A stretch of DNA of 60,472 nucleotides from the IMG/VR virus record IMGVR_UViG_3300026519_000014, positions 1 to 60,472 of that record, one strand, 5' to 3'. The notes below the pieces were generated by a model, which saw nothing but the letters and a program-made list of their open reading frames with translations, had not been told where the DNA came from and did no database searches. Shown here in pieces: positions 1-11,600 of this stretch. Numbering within the stretch: position 1 is the first letter of the stretch; each line of letters starts with the position of its first letter. Both the position numbers and the translations under genes were made by a program. The DNA comes from a virus (taxonomy: Duplodnaviria > Caudoviricetes).

Positions 1-2
1 CC

Positions 3-2612
3 TATACTTATACAAAAGTAATAGGGGATTCTTTATGGCCAATAGGAAATGTGAGGCACCATAGATTTCCTACTTTACATAAATTAAGAAGTTTAAGTGC
101 TGTACCTGGAGAGATAGGAAAAACAGTGTTTCCTAAATTATCAGTAGCTGCTTCAAATGTTAATATACCTGCAGAACTTCAGGATAAAATAGTAGGATGG
201 AGAATTACTTGGGCTAAAAGAACTCCTGCAGATGCTACTGTAATGGGGCAAGCTTTATATCAATATGCAGGAATAGAAGACAATGAATATAGAGAAAACC
301 CTGGTTCTGTGGGTTCAGGGGATACCGCAATAGATAAAAAATTTAGTCCAAGTACTGGTAATTTATTGGTGGGTAATAATGTTGTAACTGGTGTAGATGG
401 AAGTAATTTTGCTCAAAGATTTATACATCAACAGGTTATAAAATTTAACTGCCCTGAATTAATTATAGGAAAGCCTTCTATGGGAAGTCTTTATCTTAGA
501 AATGAAGTAAAACTATCAGCTACAGATGCTTTTATTGATAACACTTCTATACAAGGCCCAGGAACTTTAGAATCTGGAATCTATGCTCAAGGAGTACAGC
601 TTTTAGGACAAGAAGAGAGAAGATGGCATTTTCAAAATTTTGAAAAACAATATATTACTTCTGCTACTCATCAAAATAGTTTACTTAGAGAGGTATTGGA
701 TTATTCTTACCAACCTGCTAATATTATAGATTTAACTTCTTTAGGATTAGGTTGTGATTTAAGAACAGGAGAAGAAAGTCTTTATTTAAAAGTAAAGGGA
801 GGACAGCCTGATTATTTAGATCCAAGTATAACTAATTTTGAAATTAAATCAGACCCTGATGGAGTTGCTCCTATAGAATTAGGTATTTATTATAGATTTC
901 CTGGAAATAATAGCCCTGAAACAGGTAGTACACAGGAAGACACCTACCTTACTACATTATGTCAAAGAAAAGATAATGTATATTCTCCTTTTACTGAACA
1001 ACAACAAGTGCTTACTACAGGAAAGGCGTTATCTACAGAAACTACTGGAGTTTTTTATGGGGGAGATGCCAGGGTTTCTTTTACAGGAATTAAGCAAATG
1101 GCTCCCTTTGTTTCTCATGCTACATTTAAAGATAAACATAATGACCCTACATCTATTGGAATAGCTACTCTTTCCATACGTTATTATGGTTCTTACAGTA
1201 CTAAAAACATAGGATTAAGACATCTTGATAATAGCGATATAAGTACTTTATATTTCCCTAAAGTATTAGATTTTTATAATGGTATTTTTGATACCATACC
1301 CCAACAAAAATACAGGACTTTTTTGTATAATGAAGATTACACTTTAGTCAATGAATATAATTCTATTACTGTTCATAATCCAGACACTATACCATCAGCA
1401 TTATTTTTGCCACATACAGTAGTTTCTTCAACAACTAATAAAGTGGAAGAAAGAACTATTTCATGGCAAACTTTCTTATCTGCAGACAGGTATGTAATGC
1501 CCAGAGATAAAGGGCCTGTTATTAACTTACAAGGGGTTAGCAATGATAGGTTGTTTATTCATCAAAGAGATAGTTTATTTATAACCAGAAGCACAACTAC
1601 TTTAAAAGGAGATATTACAGATATTACGTTAGGTTCTGGAGATTTATTTTCTGTAACGCCTACAGAAGTTTTATCTACAGAAGAAGGGTTTGCAGGAACA
1701 CAACATAAGTTTTCCTGTAAATTAACTAAGGCTGGTTATGTTTTTGCAGATGCTGCCCAAGGAAAAATATTTCTTCATAATGGAAGTCAGTTAGAAGAGA
1801 TTTCTAAAAATGGCCAAAGAATATTTTGGCGGGATGCTATTAATAAAGACCTTTTAGATAACCCTTTTCAAGGACAAGGAATAACCATTACTTTTGATGA
1901 AAAATATAATAGACTATTAGTGGGAGTAAGACAAGGAACTGATAAGTCATTTACAGCATCTTATTCACCTGCTACACAATCTTGGGTTTCTTTTCATGAT
2001 TATTATCCTGATTTTTTAATTGAAACCAGGAAAAAGCTTTATTCTTTAAAAAACAGCTTTCCTTCTTCTCAATATAAAGGGATATATGAACACCATACAG
2101 GAGATTATGGTATATACTATAATGTAGTAGAAGATAATCCTACCCCTTATCCTGTACTTATAGATATAGTTTATAATCCTAATCCATATATTAATAAAAT
2201 ATTTGGTGCTGTAGAATGGGCTACTGAAGTTATTCAGGCAGGAGGAGTGCAAGTTAAAGATGAAACTATAGATTATATCACCCTTTCTACTAATAATAAA
2301 ACTACAGGTAGGGTAGAGTTAGAAAGACTGGTAAACCTATCTCAAATACATTCTTCTAATATGAGAAATGTAAATGAATTTTGGAGGTTTAATGCACTTA
2401 GGGATATAGCTGTATCAGGACTTCCTTTCAGATTAGATTTTTACGATGATTTTGCTATTATAGATAGTAATTTAGATTATAACAGACCTTGGTACAGAAG
2501 GGCCAGGTTTATAGATAGGTTTATGATAGCCAGGTTTGAATATAGTAATTTATACAATAATTCATTTGCTTTTTTAAATCATAATGTTAATTTAAGGCAA
2601 AGCTACAGATAA
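3..2612 (+). CDS. crAss-like tail stabilisation / muzzle protein (P22 gp10-like), 5'-truncated by the window
   Basis: The frame is open back to base 3. It has NVRHHRFP, a beta-rich body (GYVFADAAQGKIF, SYSPATQSWVSFHDYYP) and sits just upstream of the cargo and RNAP genes, as in crAss-like phages. Confidence 0.75.
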   Translation, partial: YTYTKVIGDSLWPIGNVRHHRFPTLHKLRSLSAVPGEIGKTVFPKLSVAASNVNIPAELQDKIVGWRITWAKRTPADATVMGQALYQYAGIEDNEYRENPGSVGSGDTAIDKKFSPSTGNLLVGNNVVTGVDGSNFAQRFIHQQVIKFNCPELIIGKPSMGSLYLRNEVKLSATDAFIDNTSIQGPGTLESGIYAQGVQLLGQEERRWHFQNFEKQYITSATHQNSLLREVLDYSYQPANIIDLTSLGLGCDLRTGEESLYLKVKGGQPDYLDPSITNFEIKSDPDGVAPIELGIYYRFPGNNSPETGSTQEDTYLTTLCQRKDNVYSPFTEQQQVLTTGKALSTETTGVFYGGDARVSFTGIKQMAPFVSHATFKDKHNDPTSIGIATLSIRYYGSYSTKNIGLRHLDNSDISTLYFPKVLDFYNGIFDTIPQQKYRTFLYNEDYTLVNEYNSITVHNPDTIPSALFLPHTVVSSTTNKVEERTISWQTFLSADRYVMPRDKGPVINLQGVSNDRLFIHQRDSLFITRSTTTLKGDITDITLGSGDLFSVTPTEVLSTEEGFAGTQHKFSCKLTKAGYVFADAAQGKIFLHNGSQLEEISKNGQRIFWRDAINKDLLDNPFQGQGITITFDEKYNRLLVGVRQGTDKSFTASYSPATQSWVSFHDYYPDFLIETRKKLYSLKNSFPSSQYKGIYEHHTGDYGIYYNVVEDNPTPYPVLIDIVYNPNPYINKIFGAVEWATEVIQAGGVQVKDETIDYITLSTNNKTTGRVELERLVNLSQIHSSNMRNVNEFWRFNALRDIAVSGLPFRLDFYDDFAIIDSNLDYNRPWYRRARFIDRFMIARFEYSNLYNNSFAFLNHNVNLRQSYR

Positions 2613-2630
2613 TTTATTATTTTTATTAAT

Positions 2631-5600
2631 ATGAAAAAAACCTCATTTAAATATAAGAAGAAAAAACTAAATCCTGGAGGACTTATTAATTCAGCAGGAG
2701 AGTTTACAGAAAAGGGTTTAGGAATAACTGGAGCTGGAGCTGTAGGAATGATAGGAGATATAATAGCAGCCAATTCTGAAAATATTTCTGTGACTGGAGG
2801 AGCATTAAGTGGTGCTGGAAAAGGAGCTTCAATGGGAATGGCTTTTGGTCCTATAGGAGCAGCTTTAGGAGGAATAGGTGGAGCTTTATTTGGTGGAATT
2901 AATGCTAATAAAATAAAACAAGAGCAAGAAAGAGCTAAAATTGAAGCTGATGACCTTAGAGAAAAAAAGCAAATTTTTTCTTCTCAGGCTATATTAAACA
3001 ATTATAACAACAGAGGAATAGGGGCAGGAAGTTCTTTTAAAAAAGGTGGAATGATAAATTACCCTTATCAAGACCAGGATAAAGGGTTATTGATAAACCC
3101 TACTATTCAATTAGCTGATGGGGGGTATCTTAAACCTATATCAGATACTTCTGTAGAAGTAATAGGAAATAATCCACAAGAGACTGATGGAGTAGAGTTA
3201 GAGAATGCCTTTGTTAATCACGGAGAAAGCATAGAAGAAGATAAAGTATATACAGATGAGTTTGGTATTAATGGTAAAAAAGCAACCAAAAAAAACCCCT
3301 CATTTGCTACTTTACATAAAAGGCTTCAAAAACAAAAAACAGGGGAAGACAAATTTACAGAATTTGATGCTTTTATAGATAGAAAAAGTGAAGCTTTATT
3401 TGCTCAACAAGAAGCTCTAAAAGAAGGGCAAGAAGGAGAACCGGGGCTTAAAAAAGGAGGAAAGATATATATCAAACCTTCTAAAAGAGGGACTTTTACT
3501 GCAACAGCTACTAAAGCAGGATATGAAGTTCAGGAATATGCCTCTAAAATACTTGCTAACAAAAAAAAGCATTCTCCTATAATGGTGAAAAAAGCAAATT
3601 TTGCTAAAAATGCGGCTAAGTGGAATAAAGAATTAGGTGGAAAAATAAGTTATCAGGATGGAGGAACTCCTGAAGACAGAAAATTTGCTTTAGAGGAACA
3701 GGCTGCACTTTTTAATAGAGAACCTTCTACTCCTGAAGAATGGAAAGTAGAAATGGAGCTTAGAAAATATGAGCAATCACCTGAAGAAATAAATCAAAGA
3801 ATACAGGATGCTGAACTATCAGCTAAAAATTTTCTTTATGAGAAAAAAAGAAAAGGAAATCCTCAGTTTGAAACTATAGAGCCTAGTGGTGCAAAACCCT
3901 ATATGACATATAAACCAGGTTCTTTAAATAGCTGGTATCAACAAAGAATAGGAGGAGAGGTACAAGGCATACCTTTACAGGAAAGACTTGCTACAACTTC
4001 TTCAAAATTAGGATTAGACCCTGTTGAATTTACTGCAGCTATGGTTCAAGAAGGGGTAAATGCAGAATCCTTTAATACTAATTTAAAAGAAGCCGGTAAT
4101 ATTGATAGTTATGGATTTGGGCTAGATACTGTAGGAGAATATTCTGATGCTATAGAAAAAAAACTAGGCAAAGAATATAGCAGAGAAACACTTAACCTAT
4201 ATCCTGGAGAAAATGAAAGGAGACAAGCTGTAACTCCTGCCCTTTTCAAAGATTCACAAAGATTTTTAGATACAGCAGGAGCTTTATATCAGCATAGGGC
4301 AGATATAGTAGACAAAACCGCTAAAGATTTAGGTATAGAACTGTCTCCTTGGGAAAAAAGATATTTTAATTATATGAGTTATAATACTCAACATAATGCC
4401 CCTAATGCTGTTGTTTTTGATAAAGAAAATGCTGGAGAAGAATATAATTCTTCTATAAAAAGAATGATGAATAAGTTTAGGGAAGCTAAAAAATTAGGTT
4501 TGTCTGAAGATGAGTTTCATAAATATATAGATGTATCTGGAGATGCTTTAACTACACCATTTGGTGCTGTAGATAAGGGAGACGGACAACTTTTTTATAA
4601 TGCTGGAAACTATGCCAGAAGATTAAAAAAATTACAAGGGGCTTATGAGCAAGATATACCTTTTTACCTTAAAGCCCCGGATAAAGAAGAAATCAATACT
4701 GTTCCTAAATTAAATAAAGGGGGATATACAGACATGAACACTTTAAGTGCTAAACATATGGAAGCTAATTTAACAAAAAGAAAAAAAAAGAAAAAAGGTT
4801 ATCAGGGAGGTGGAGATAAACTTGATAGGTATTCTCAGGGAAATCCTACAGGTGCAGAAGACTTTTTTCCAGGAAAACCACAAAGATATTCTCAAATGAC
4901 ATTAGGTGCTGAAAGTACTATTTTACCTAAGCCTATCAGATATTCTCAAATGACATTAGGAGCAGAATCTGCAATGCCAACAGATAAAACTATTCCTGTA
5001 GCTGCTGATGCCACCAATCTACAATTGCAAAAGCCTATAAAAAAAATACCGTATTCTAATGTTGACTATCAATCTTTATTTAAAGAATATAAAAACGGGG
5101 GAAAAATGAAGAAAAAGTATATACATGGAGGAAAAGACCCTGTTTTAAAAGATATTCAATATGAGGAAAAAGGTACTTTATTTAACCCTTCTCTTAAAAC
5201 TCCTGAAGTTCCTGAGGCTGAAGGACTTGGGTATATACCTATAAGTGACCTTAAACCACCTAACCCAATAAGACTTATGGGAAAAAAGAGTACAAGTACT
5301 CCTACCTATTCTGCTTCAGAAAATAAGTCTTTTGATTTTCAGAAATTAGGAGACGCTTTTGGTACTTATGGTGCTAATATAGCAGGAATGACTACCAGAT
5401 TACCCGAAGTACCTAAACCTGAAATGTTATCTCCCACTAAACTAGCAAGAATAGAAAATGCAGAAGAGTTAGATAGAATTAATAGGGGATATAGAGGTAG
5501 TGTAGCAGGTGTAGACCAAGGAGTAGCTCAGGCAGGAGCAGCAGAATCTACTAAAGCAAGTTTGCTAGCTAAAAAATTGGCTGCTGAAAATGCAAGTTTT

Positions 5601-6008
5601 GATAGGACTGATAAAACTAATATTGCTATTCAAAACCAAGAAGCTGCTATTAATGCTCAGCAAGATGCTACTAATACCAGGATACAAAATCAATTTTTAC
5701 AAGATCAATTAGGTAGAGATTTAAAAGAACTTGAAATAAGAAGGGATTCTCTTACTAATATGGCTGATAAATATATGTTGGGCAGAAGTGAAGATAAAAG
5801 GAGGCTACTAGATTTAGATAAAATGAATCTTACTAAAGAAATGTTTGCTGGAACTCAGGTAGATACCAGAACTATGGAAAGATTAAAAGAATTAAATCCT
5901 GAACTATATAAGATTGTAGGAGGAAAAAAATTCGGTGGTCTCATTAAGAGAAAACCTGGAATGAAAGTTAAAATGAAGAAAAACAAATTCCGTAAAATGA
6001 AGTATTAA
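2631..6008 (+). CDS. Virion cargo/ejection protein, modular, with a possible lysozyme/transglycosylase-like insert
   Basis: Gly/Ala-rich hydrophobic N-terminus, about 11 phi-x-x-G-G motifs, an IYIKPSKRGTF...KKANFAKNAAKW module and an AMVQEG...SYN segment; lies between the tail and RNAP genes. Confidence 0.6.
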   Translation: MKKTSFKYKKKKLNPGGLINSAGEFTEKGLGITGAGAVGMIGDIIAANSENISVTGGALSGAGKGASMGMAFGPIGAALGGIGGALFGGINANKIKQEQERAKIEADDLREKKQIFSSQAILNNYNNRGIGAGSSFKKGGMINYPYQDQDKGLLINPTIQLADGGYLKPISDTSVEVIGNNPQETDGVELENAFVNHGESIEEDKVYTDEFGINGKKATKKNPSFATLHKRLQKQKTGEDKFTEFDAFIDRKSEALFAQQEALKEGQEGEPGLKKGGKIYIKPSKRGTFTATATKAGYEVQEYASKILANKKKHSPIMVKKANFAKNAAKWNKELGGKISYQDGGTPEDRKFALEEQAALFNREPSTPEEWKVEMELRKYEQSPEEINQRIQDAELSAKNFLYEKKRKGNPQFETIEPSGAKPYMTYKPGSLNSWYQQRIGGEVQGIPLQERLATTSSKLGLDPVEFTAAMVQEGVNAESFNTNLKEAGNIDSYGFGLDTVGEYSDAIEKKLGKEYSRETLNLYPGENERRQAVTPALFKDSQRFLDTAGALYQHRADIVDKTAKDLGIELSPWEKRYFNYMSYNTQHNAPNAVVFDKENAGEEYNSSIKRMMNKFREAKKLGLSEDEFHKYIDVSGDALTTPFGAVDKGDGQLFYNAGNYARRLKKLQGAYEQDIPFYLKAPDKEEINTVPKLNKGGYTDMNTLSAKHMEANLTKRKKKKKGYQGGGDKLDRYSQGNPTGAEDFFPGKPQRYSQMTLGAESTILPKPIRYSQMTLGAESAMPTDKTIPVAADATNLQLQKPIKKIPYSNVDYQSLFKEYKNGGKMKKKYIHGGKDPVLKDIQYEEKGTLFNPSLKTPEVPEAEGLGYIPISDLKPPNPIRLMGKKSTSTPTYSASENKSFDFQKLGDAFGTYGANIAGMTTRLPEVPKPEMLSPTKLARIENAEELDRINRGYRGSVAGVDQGVAQAGAAESTKASLLAKKLAAENASFDRTDKTNIAIQNQEAAINAQQDATNTRIQNQFLQDQLGRDLKELEIRRDSLTNMADKYMLGRSEDKRRLLDLDKMNLTKEMFAGTQVDTRTMERLKELNPELYKIVGGKKFGGLIKRKPGMKVKMKKNKFRKMKY
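4884..4960 (+). repeat. Intragenic duplication encoding RYSQMTLGAES twice
   Basis: AGATATTCTCAAATGACATTAGG at 4884-4906 and 4938-4960. Confidence 0.9.
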
Positions 6009-6033
6009 AGACACTATTTATATTTTTGAAGAT

Positions 6034-6063
6034 AAACCCTGGCTGTTTAGTTGGGGTTTTTTA
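6034..6063 (+). terminator. Intrinsic terminator after the cargo gene
   Basis: AAACCCTGGCT-gttt-AGTTGGGGTTT followed by a T run. Confidence 0.7.
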
Positions 6064-6065
6064 AT

Positions 6066-6099
6066 AAAAAATCCCTAAGTTTTTTGCAAAATTTAGGGA
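6066..6099 (-). terminator. Intrinsic terminator closing the candidate ncRNA
   Basis: Minus strand TCCCTAAATTTT-gcaa-AAAACTTAGGGA-TTTTTT. Confidence 0.7.
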
Positions 6100-6530
6100 G
6101 TTGTGCTACTTTTATAATTCTGGTTATAACAGTTACCACAAAGGCAAATCTACAAAGAGCCTATTGTTTAAACAAACTGAGAGCTTAAAACTTTTTGATA
6201 AAATACTAAAAAGTCCCTTATTGTTCTTAAGCTACCTTAAAAGGCTGAAATCTTAACATAGTAGTAGCGTTGTTATAAGAAGTATAGGCAACAAGTATTT
6301 ACTAACAAGAATATTCACTTATTTAAGCAAAACCCAGGCTCTATCCAACCTGATAACCTGGTGGGTGAAGTATGAACCAGAATATTCTTCTTTAAACCAT
6401 TGAAATAGCTTAAATGCCACCAATCATTTAAGTGAGAGCTTAACAGGGCAGGTTCTATCCTAAGTTAAGTGTTAGTAAGGCTTCTTCCTCTTTGAGTTCA
6501 TTTCACCCAATAGTGGCTATTGGTATCTCT
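6066..6530 (-). ncRNA. Candidate large structured ncRNA (~470 nt), antisense to the late operon
   Basis: 636-bp gap with no ORF in the track, nested long-range complementary segments, and a minus-strand terminator at 6066-6099. Confidence 0.6.
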
Positions 6531-6644
6531 AATTTTGTAATTATCTAAATTTAGGTTACCTTTAAATTGTGGTTTAAAGGAAGTATGGGCATTTTATAGT
6601 AAGTATTATGTGTTTACTTATATTCTAAATTAAAAATTAAAAAT

Positions 6645-8600
6645 ATGGCAAGTCCTTATGACAATCTAAGGTTTTCTCAATCACAAGTTATTCCTCAATA
6701 TGCAGGAGCTCCAGTAGAAGAATTTAGTAAATTATTAGCAAAAAGGGAGGCAGAGTATAAATCTAATTTAGCAGATATAGACCAACTAGAATTAGCTGCC
6801 AGTACTTTGGATGTTAATGATGCAGATTATGAAGTAAAAAAAGCTGCTTTAGATAAAGTAAGAGAAACTATTCAAGGAATAGCAAATTCTGGAGGGGCTT
6901 ATGAATTTGCTGGAGATAAAATAAGGGCTGCAGCCAGAAATTTTATGGGAAATGAAGCTTTGCAAGCAGCTATGAAAAATCAAGCTACTATTAAGACTAA
7001 AAAAGATGAATATACAAATTTATATCTAAATAAAAAAATATCTGAAGTAGGATATGCAGAAGCTATGAGAAGATTAGCTGATTATCAGGGAATTGGGGAA
7101 GGGGAAAACGGCATCTATGCTACTCCTGATTTATATACTCCTGTTAAATATACAGACTATACTAAAAAATTAGATGATTTTGGCAAAGGGTTTAAAGCAG
7201 ACTTAATAGATAGTGGATGGGTACAGAGTGAAGATGGGAGATGGTTAAACAGAGTTACTAAAAGAGAACTTTCTGCAGATGAAGTAGTAAAAGCAATGAG
7301 AGAGTATGCTGAATCTGATCCTGATATAATGGCTACTATTAATGAACATCAGACTATAACAGGAGAAGATATTTTAACTAAAAATATAGTAGCTCAAGGA
7401 ATTAAGTTAGGTTTTAAAGAAGAACAGTTTGACACTAAAGCACAACCTTATACATTGTCTGCCTATAGGGAAAGAGTAGGTAAAGATAAAACAGATGATG
7501 CTTCTATTCCTTATGATATTATTACAAGGGTGCCTGGTTCTAAAATTAAATCTATAGAAGATTATCATAAAGAAGTGCAAACTATAGAAAAATCTTATGA
7601 TACCTTATTAGAAAAAAGAAATAAATTAAGTATTGACCCTTATACTAATAGAACTGAACTATATAAAATAAACCAAGACTTGGAGGCTTTAGCCGGACAA
7701 AAAGAAGCCTATGAAAATACATATAAAAAGTATGAACAGAGAGCACTTAAAGAGTTAGGCAAAACTTCTGCTCAGTATGCAGAAAATATTATTCCTTTTG
7801 AAGAATTTAAACAACAAAAAAGAATAGATGCCAGCCCTAATTTACAAGACTTTTATTTTACTAAAGAAGGTATTAAAGACTTAGAAAATCAATATAAAAA
7901 ATATTTAGAGGTTGAAGCTCCTATAGCTAGTAAAATTAATGAGTATTTCATTAAAGCAGGAGAAGATAAGACCATGTTAGGAACTGCCAGAGTTTTATCT
8001 ACTGAAAAAGAAAGGAAAACCTTAGGTGCTATTTTTGATTCTACTTTTGGGCTAGGGGCATTATATAAAGGCAAAACTTTAGAAGATAAAGCTGCTGACA
8101 CATTATTAATGGGAGCAACTTTTGTAGGTACTGAAAAAGGCGGTCAACAAGTAGATAATGATACTTTAGAAAAAGTAAATAGTAGGGGGGAAGTTAACTA
8201 TTATACTGATCCAGCTACAGGAAGACAAGGGTTAATTACTGACCTTTTAGATAAAGATGGAAGGTCATTAGGAAAGGTGTTTATTTCTACTCCAAGTTTG
8301 CAAGAATATATACTACAAAAAAACCCTGATGCTTTAGGTGCTATAGTAGGAGGGCAAATTACAGAAATTACTTCTTCTTTAGATGGAACAGGAAAAGTTA
8401 ACTTATCAGCAACTAAAGAATATCCTCCTTTATCTGTAGACGTAGAATATTTGGGAAATGATTTAGAAGCCTCTGAACAAGGACTTTATAAGCTTACATA
8501 CACTATGCCATCGGGAAAAGAAAAAACAGGGTATTTTGTTAACAATCTAGCTTTGATGAAGGCTATTAAAAACCTATACTTACTACAAAAAAATCAATAA
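6645..8600 (+). CDS. Virion cargo/ejection protein
   Basis: 651-aa helical protein directly upstream of the giant RNAP gene (1-nt gap), matching crAss-like gene order. Confidence 0.55.
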   Translation: MASPYDNLRFSQSQVIPQYAGAPVEEFSKLLAKREAEYKSNLADIDQLELAASTLDVNDADYEVKKAALDKVRETIQGIANSGGAYEFAGDKIRAAARNFMGNEALQAAMKNQATIKTKKDEYTNLYLNKKISEVGYAEAMRRLADYQGIGEGENGIYATPDLYTPVKYTDYTKKLDDFGKGFKADLIDSGWVQSEDGRWLNRVTKRELSADEVVKAMREYAESDPDIMATINEHQTITGEDILTKNIVAQGIKLGFKEEQFDTKAQPYTLSAYRERVGKDKTDDASIPYDIITRVPGSKIKSIEDYHKEVQTIEKSYDTLLEKRNKLSIDPYTNRTELYKINQDLEALAGQKEAYENTYKKYEQRALKELGKTSAQYAENIIPFEEFKQQKRIDASPNLQDFYFTKEGIKDLENQYKKYLEVEAPIASKINEYFIKAGEDKTMLGTARVLSTEKERKTLGAIFDSTFGLGALYKGKTLEDKAADTLLMGATFVGTEKGGQQVDNDTLEKVNSRGEVNYYTDPATGRQGLITDLLDKDGRSLGKVFISTPSLQEYILQKNPDALGAIVGGQITEITSSLDGTGKVNLSATKEYPPLSVDVEYLGNDLEASEQGLYKLTYTMPSGKEKTGYFVNNLALMKAIKNLYLLQKNQ

Positions 8601-8601
8601 T

Positions 8602-11600
8602 ATGGCGCTAACTGAAGAACAGGTTAATGCTGCTTTAAATGGAGAGGTTAAACCAGCTTCTGAAGCATCTACAGAACCAAAATTAACTGAGGAACAAGTT
8701 GAGGCAGCTATGAACTCTGCCAATATTTTATATGGTTGGGGACAAGGGGAACAAGTAAATCCTGATGATTTTGGTTTTAATTTAAAAACAGGAGATTTTG
8801 ATAATTTTTTATACAGGGCTCAAGACCAGGGCTGGGGAGTTCAGTTAGGAAATGCTGCTGCCAGAATAGTACCTAATGCTGCTTTAGAAATAATAGGGGG
8901 AGTGGGTTCTATATTTGATTTTGAAGACTACTTAAATCAAGATAATGAGGTAGGAAATTCTTTAGTAAGAGCTTCTAATGAAGGAAAAGAAGCAATAAAT
9001 GAAGCTTTTCCTATTTACAGGGAAAGGCCGGGAACTTCTTTAGATATAGGAGATTCTGCATGGTGGTTTGAAAATGGTTCTGGAATAGTTTCTTCTGCTG
9101 CTGCTTTTGTAGGAATGGGTATGGGAACTGGAGCAGTTCTTTCTAAAGGAGCTCAAGCTTTACAATGGGTGGCAAAAGCTGGTGGAATGGTAAGAACTGC
9201 TGTTAGAATACGTAAAGCTTCTAAACTTATTATTCCTGGGCTTAATACTTTAGCTTTAAATCAAGCTGAAGGAATGCTTACTGCAACTGAAATATATGAT
9301 GAAACTTTAAAAAGGGGAATAAAACAAGGACTATCTCAAGATGAAGCTAAAAGAATTGCTGCAGCATCAGCTTCTCATTCCATTAATGTAAATAGAGCTA
9401 ATATTCTACTTAATGCTACTTCTGTAGCCGCTATTACTAAAGGAGTGAATAAAGGGGTTACCAGACAAATTCTTAAAAAAGAAGCTATGGGAAGAGCCGT
9501 AGCTTTAGAATCTGCCCAAGAATATGCTGAAGAAGTAATAAATCTATATGCTGAAAAGGAAGGTAAAAGAAAAGCTGATTTTGATTTATTAGGAAAATAC
9601 TATGAAACTAAACCTACTACTTGGGCAGAAAGGTTGTCAAATACTGTGTTTTCTATAGAAGGATTAGAAGCTGGTATTTTAGGGGCTGTAGGAGGGGCTG
9701 CTCAAACTGGGTTTACTCATGCAGGAAGGAATATAGCTATTAATGGAAAAAGTAAAAATGCAGAACTTAATGAAAGAATACAACAACAACAAAGCTTTAT
9801 TTCTAATTTAGATGGGGTATTAAAATCTCAGGGCACTAAAAATTTTACTACTAATTCTGCAGGTTTGGACGAACTTAGAAAAAGTGTAGAAGAAAGAAAC
9901 AATCTTTTAGCTTTAGCTGAAGAATATACCAAAAAGGGAGAAGAAGTGCCTTCCAAACTTGCCACTAAGATATTAATATCTGGAGATGCCATCTTAACAG
10001 ATCAAGCTCTAGCTAATTTTCAACAAGGGACTACTGAGTATTTAGAAAGCTGGTATAAAGATGTGCAAAAAGCTACTGTAGAAGAAGCTGTTGCTATGGG
10101 ATATACTGGAGAACAACTTAATGAAAATTCTCCTGTACATTATTCTAAAATGGCAGAAAGAGCATTGACCAAAATAAAAGAATTTGAAAAAATTTATCAG
10201 CAACATTATGCTTATAAAGGACTAGGCTCTATTATGGCTAATAGAATAGCTGCTAAAGCCACTATTGAAAGTATTAAAGAAGCTAATATAGAATTAGACA
10301 AGTTAAAAACAGAAGCAGAAGAATTTAATAAAACACTACCTTTATATGGCAATGAATTTAGGGTTTTAGTAGAAGATTTTGATAGGGTTTCTAAAACAGG
10401 AACACCTAAAGCAAAAAGATATATTACTCAAGCTAAAAAGAAAAGGGGATTACAACCTTATTTAAAAGCTGTTGAAAGACAAAAAAACATTATTAAAGAA
10501 TTAAAAAACCTGGAAAAGGAGTACAAAAAACTTATCTCTGATGAATATCAAAATAAATTAAAAAAGATAGAAGAAGAAATAGAAAAAAAGGAGATAGAGA
10601 AACAGGAAAAAGCTGTTGTAAAAGCTAAAGAAGATAAAGACTTAGCTGAAATTCAGGATGATACTGAAGACCAAGCAGAAGCTGTTAATGTTCCTGAAGC
10701 TTCTGTAAATACCCCTATAGAAGAGACAAGTCCAGAAGTTGAAGGCCATAGAGGATATGTAGGGCCTATAGTAGAAATATCTGAAGAGGAAGCAGAAAAA
10801 CAAGCCATCTTAGAAGAAATAATTGGTGAGGTAAAAAGAAGCTATGAAGAAGAAATAAAAAAAGAAGTTGGAATATCTGAAACTGAACAAAGAGAGGAAA
10901 TAGCTGAAGAAAATGCTAAGTATATTGAAGATATTCAAGAAAGTAGAGATATAGCTGAAGGTAAAAGTTTTGATGTAAAAGACCAAACTACGATTAAAAA
11001 TAATATAGTAGCTATAGATGAAAAACTATCCAGTCAAAATAAAACAGATAATAAGGCTTCTTCTGTAGCTTATTTGGCAGAAACTATCTTATCAAAAGAA
11101 AATACAGAAATAGACCCTATAGTATTTAATTATAATGAAGTTAATGTAGGAACTCCTGTTACTTTAAGAGTAGATACCTCTTATACTGGTAATGTTTATT
11201 ATAAAGGAAACGAAGTTCCCTGGCAAGGTTTAAAGTCCAGTTTAACTGAACAAGAACTTTTGGAAAAAACACCTATTGTTATTATGGTAGGAGATAAAAC
11301 AATAGGGTATGTGCATGATACTGAGTGGTTTACTTTATATAATATAGGAAAAGGGGCCCTTGAAAAATCAGAAACAGAGCCTTCTTTAAAAGAAAAAAAG
11401 ATTGCTGAAGAAAAACTTGCTGAAGAAAAGGAAAGAAATAGAGCTATCAGAAAATCTGTTTTGGAAAAAGGCTCTATAAATACTACAATTTCTTATAGAG
11501 GAAATGGTATTATACCTACTATAGAACAGGGAACTAAGCCAGTGTCTGAAGCTTTGCCTGGAATTAAGATAGCAGTTATAAAGAAAAATACGTTATCTGA

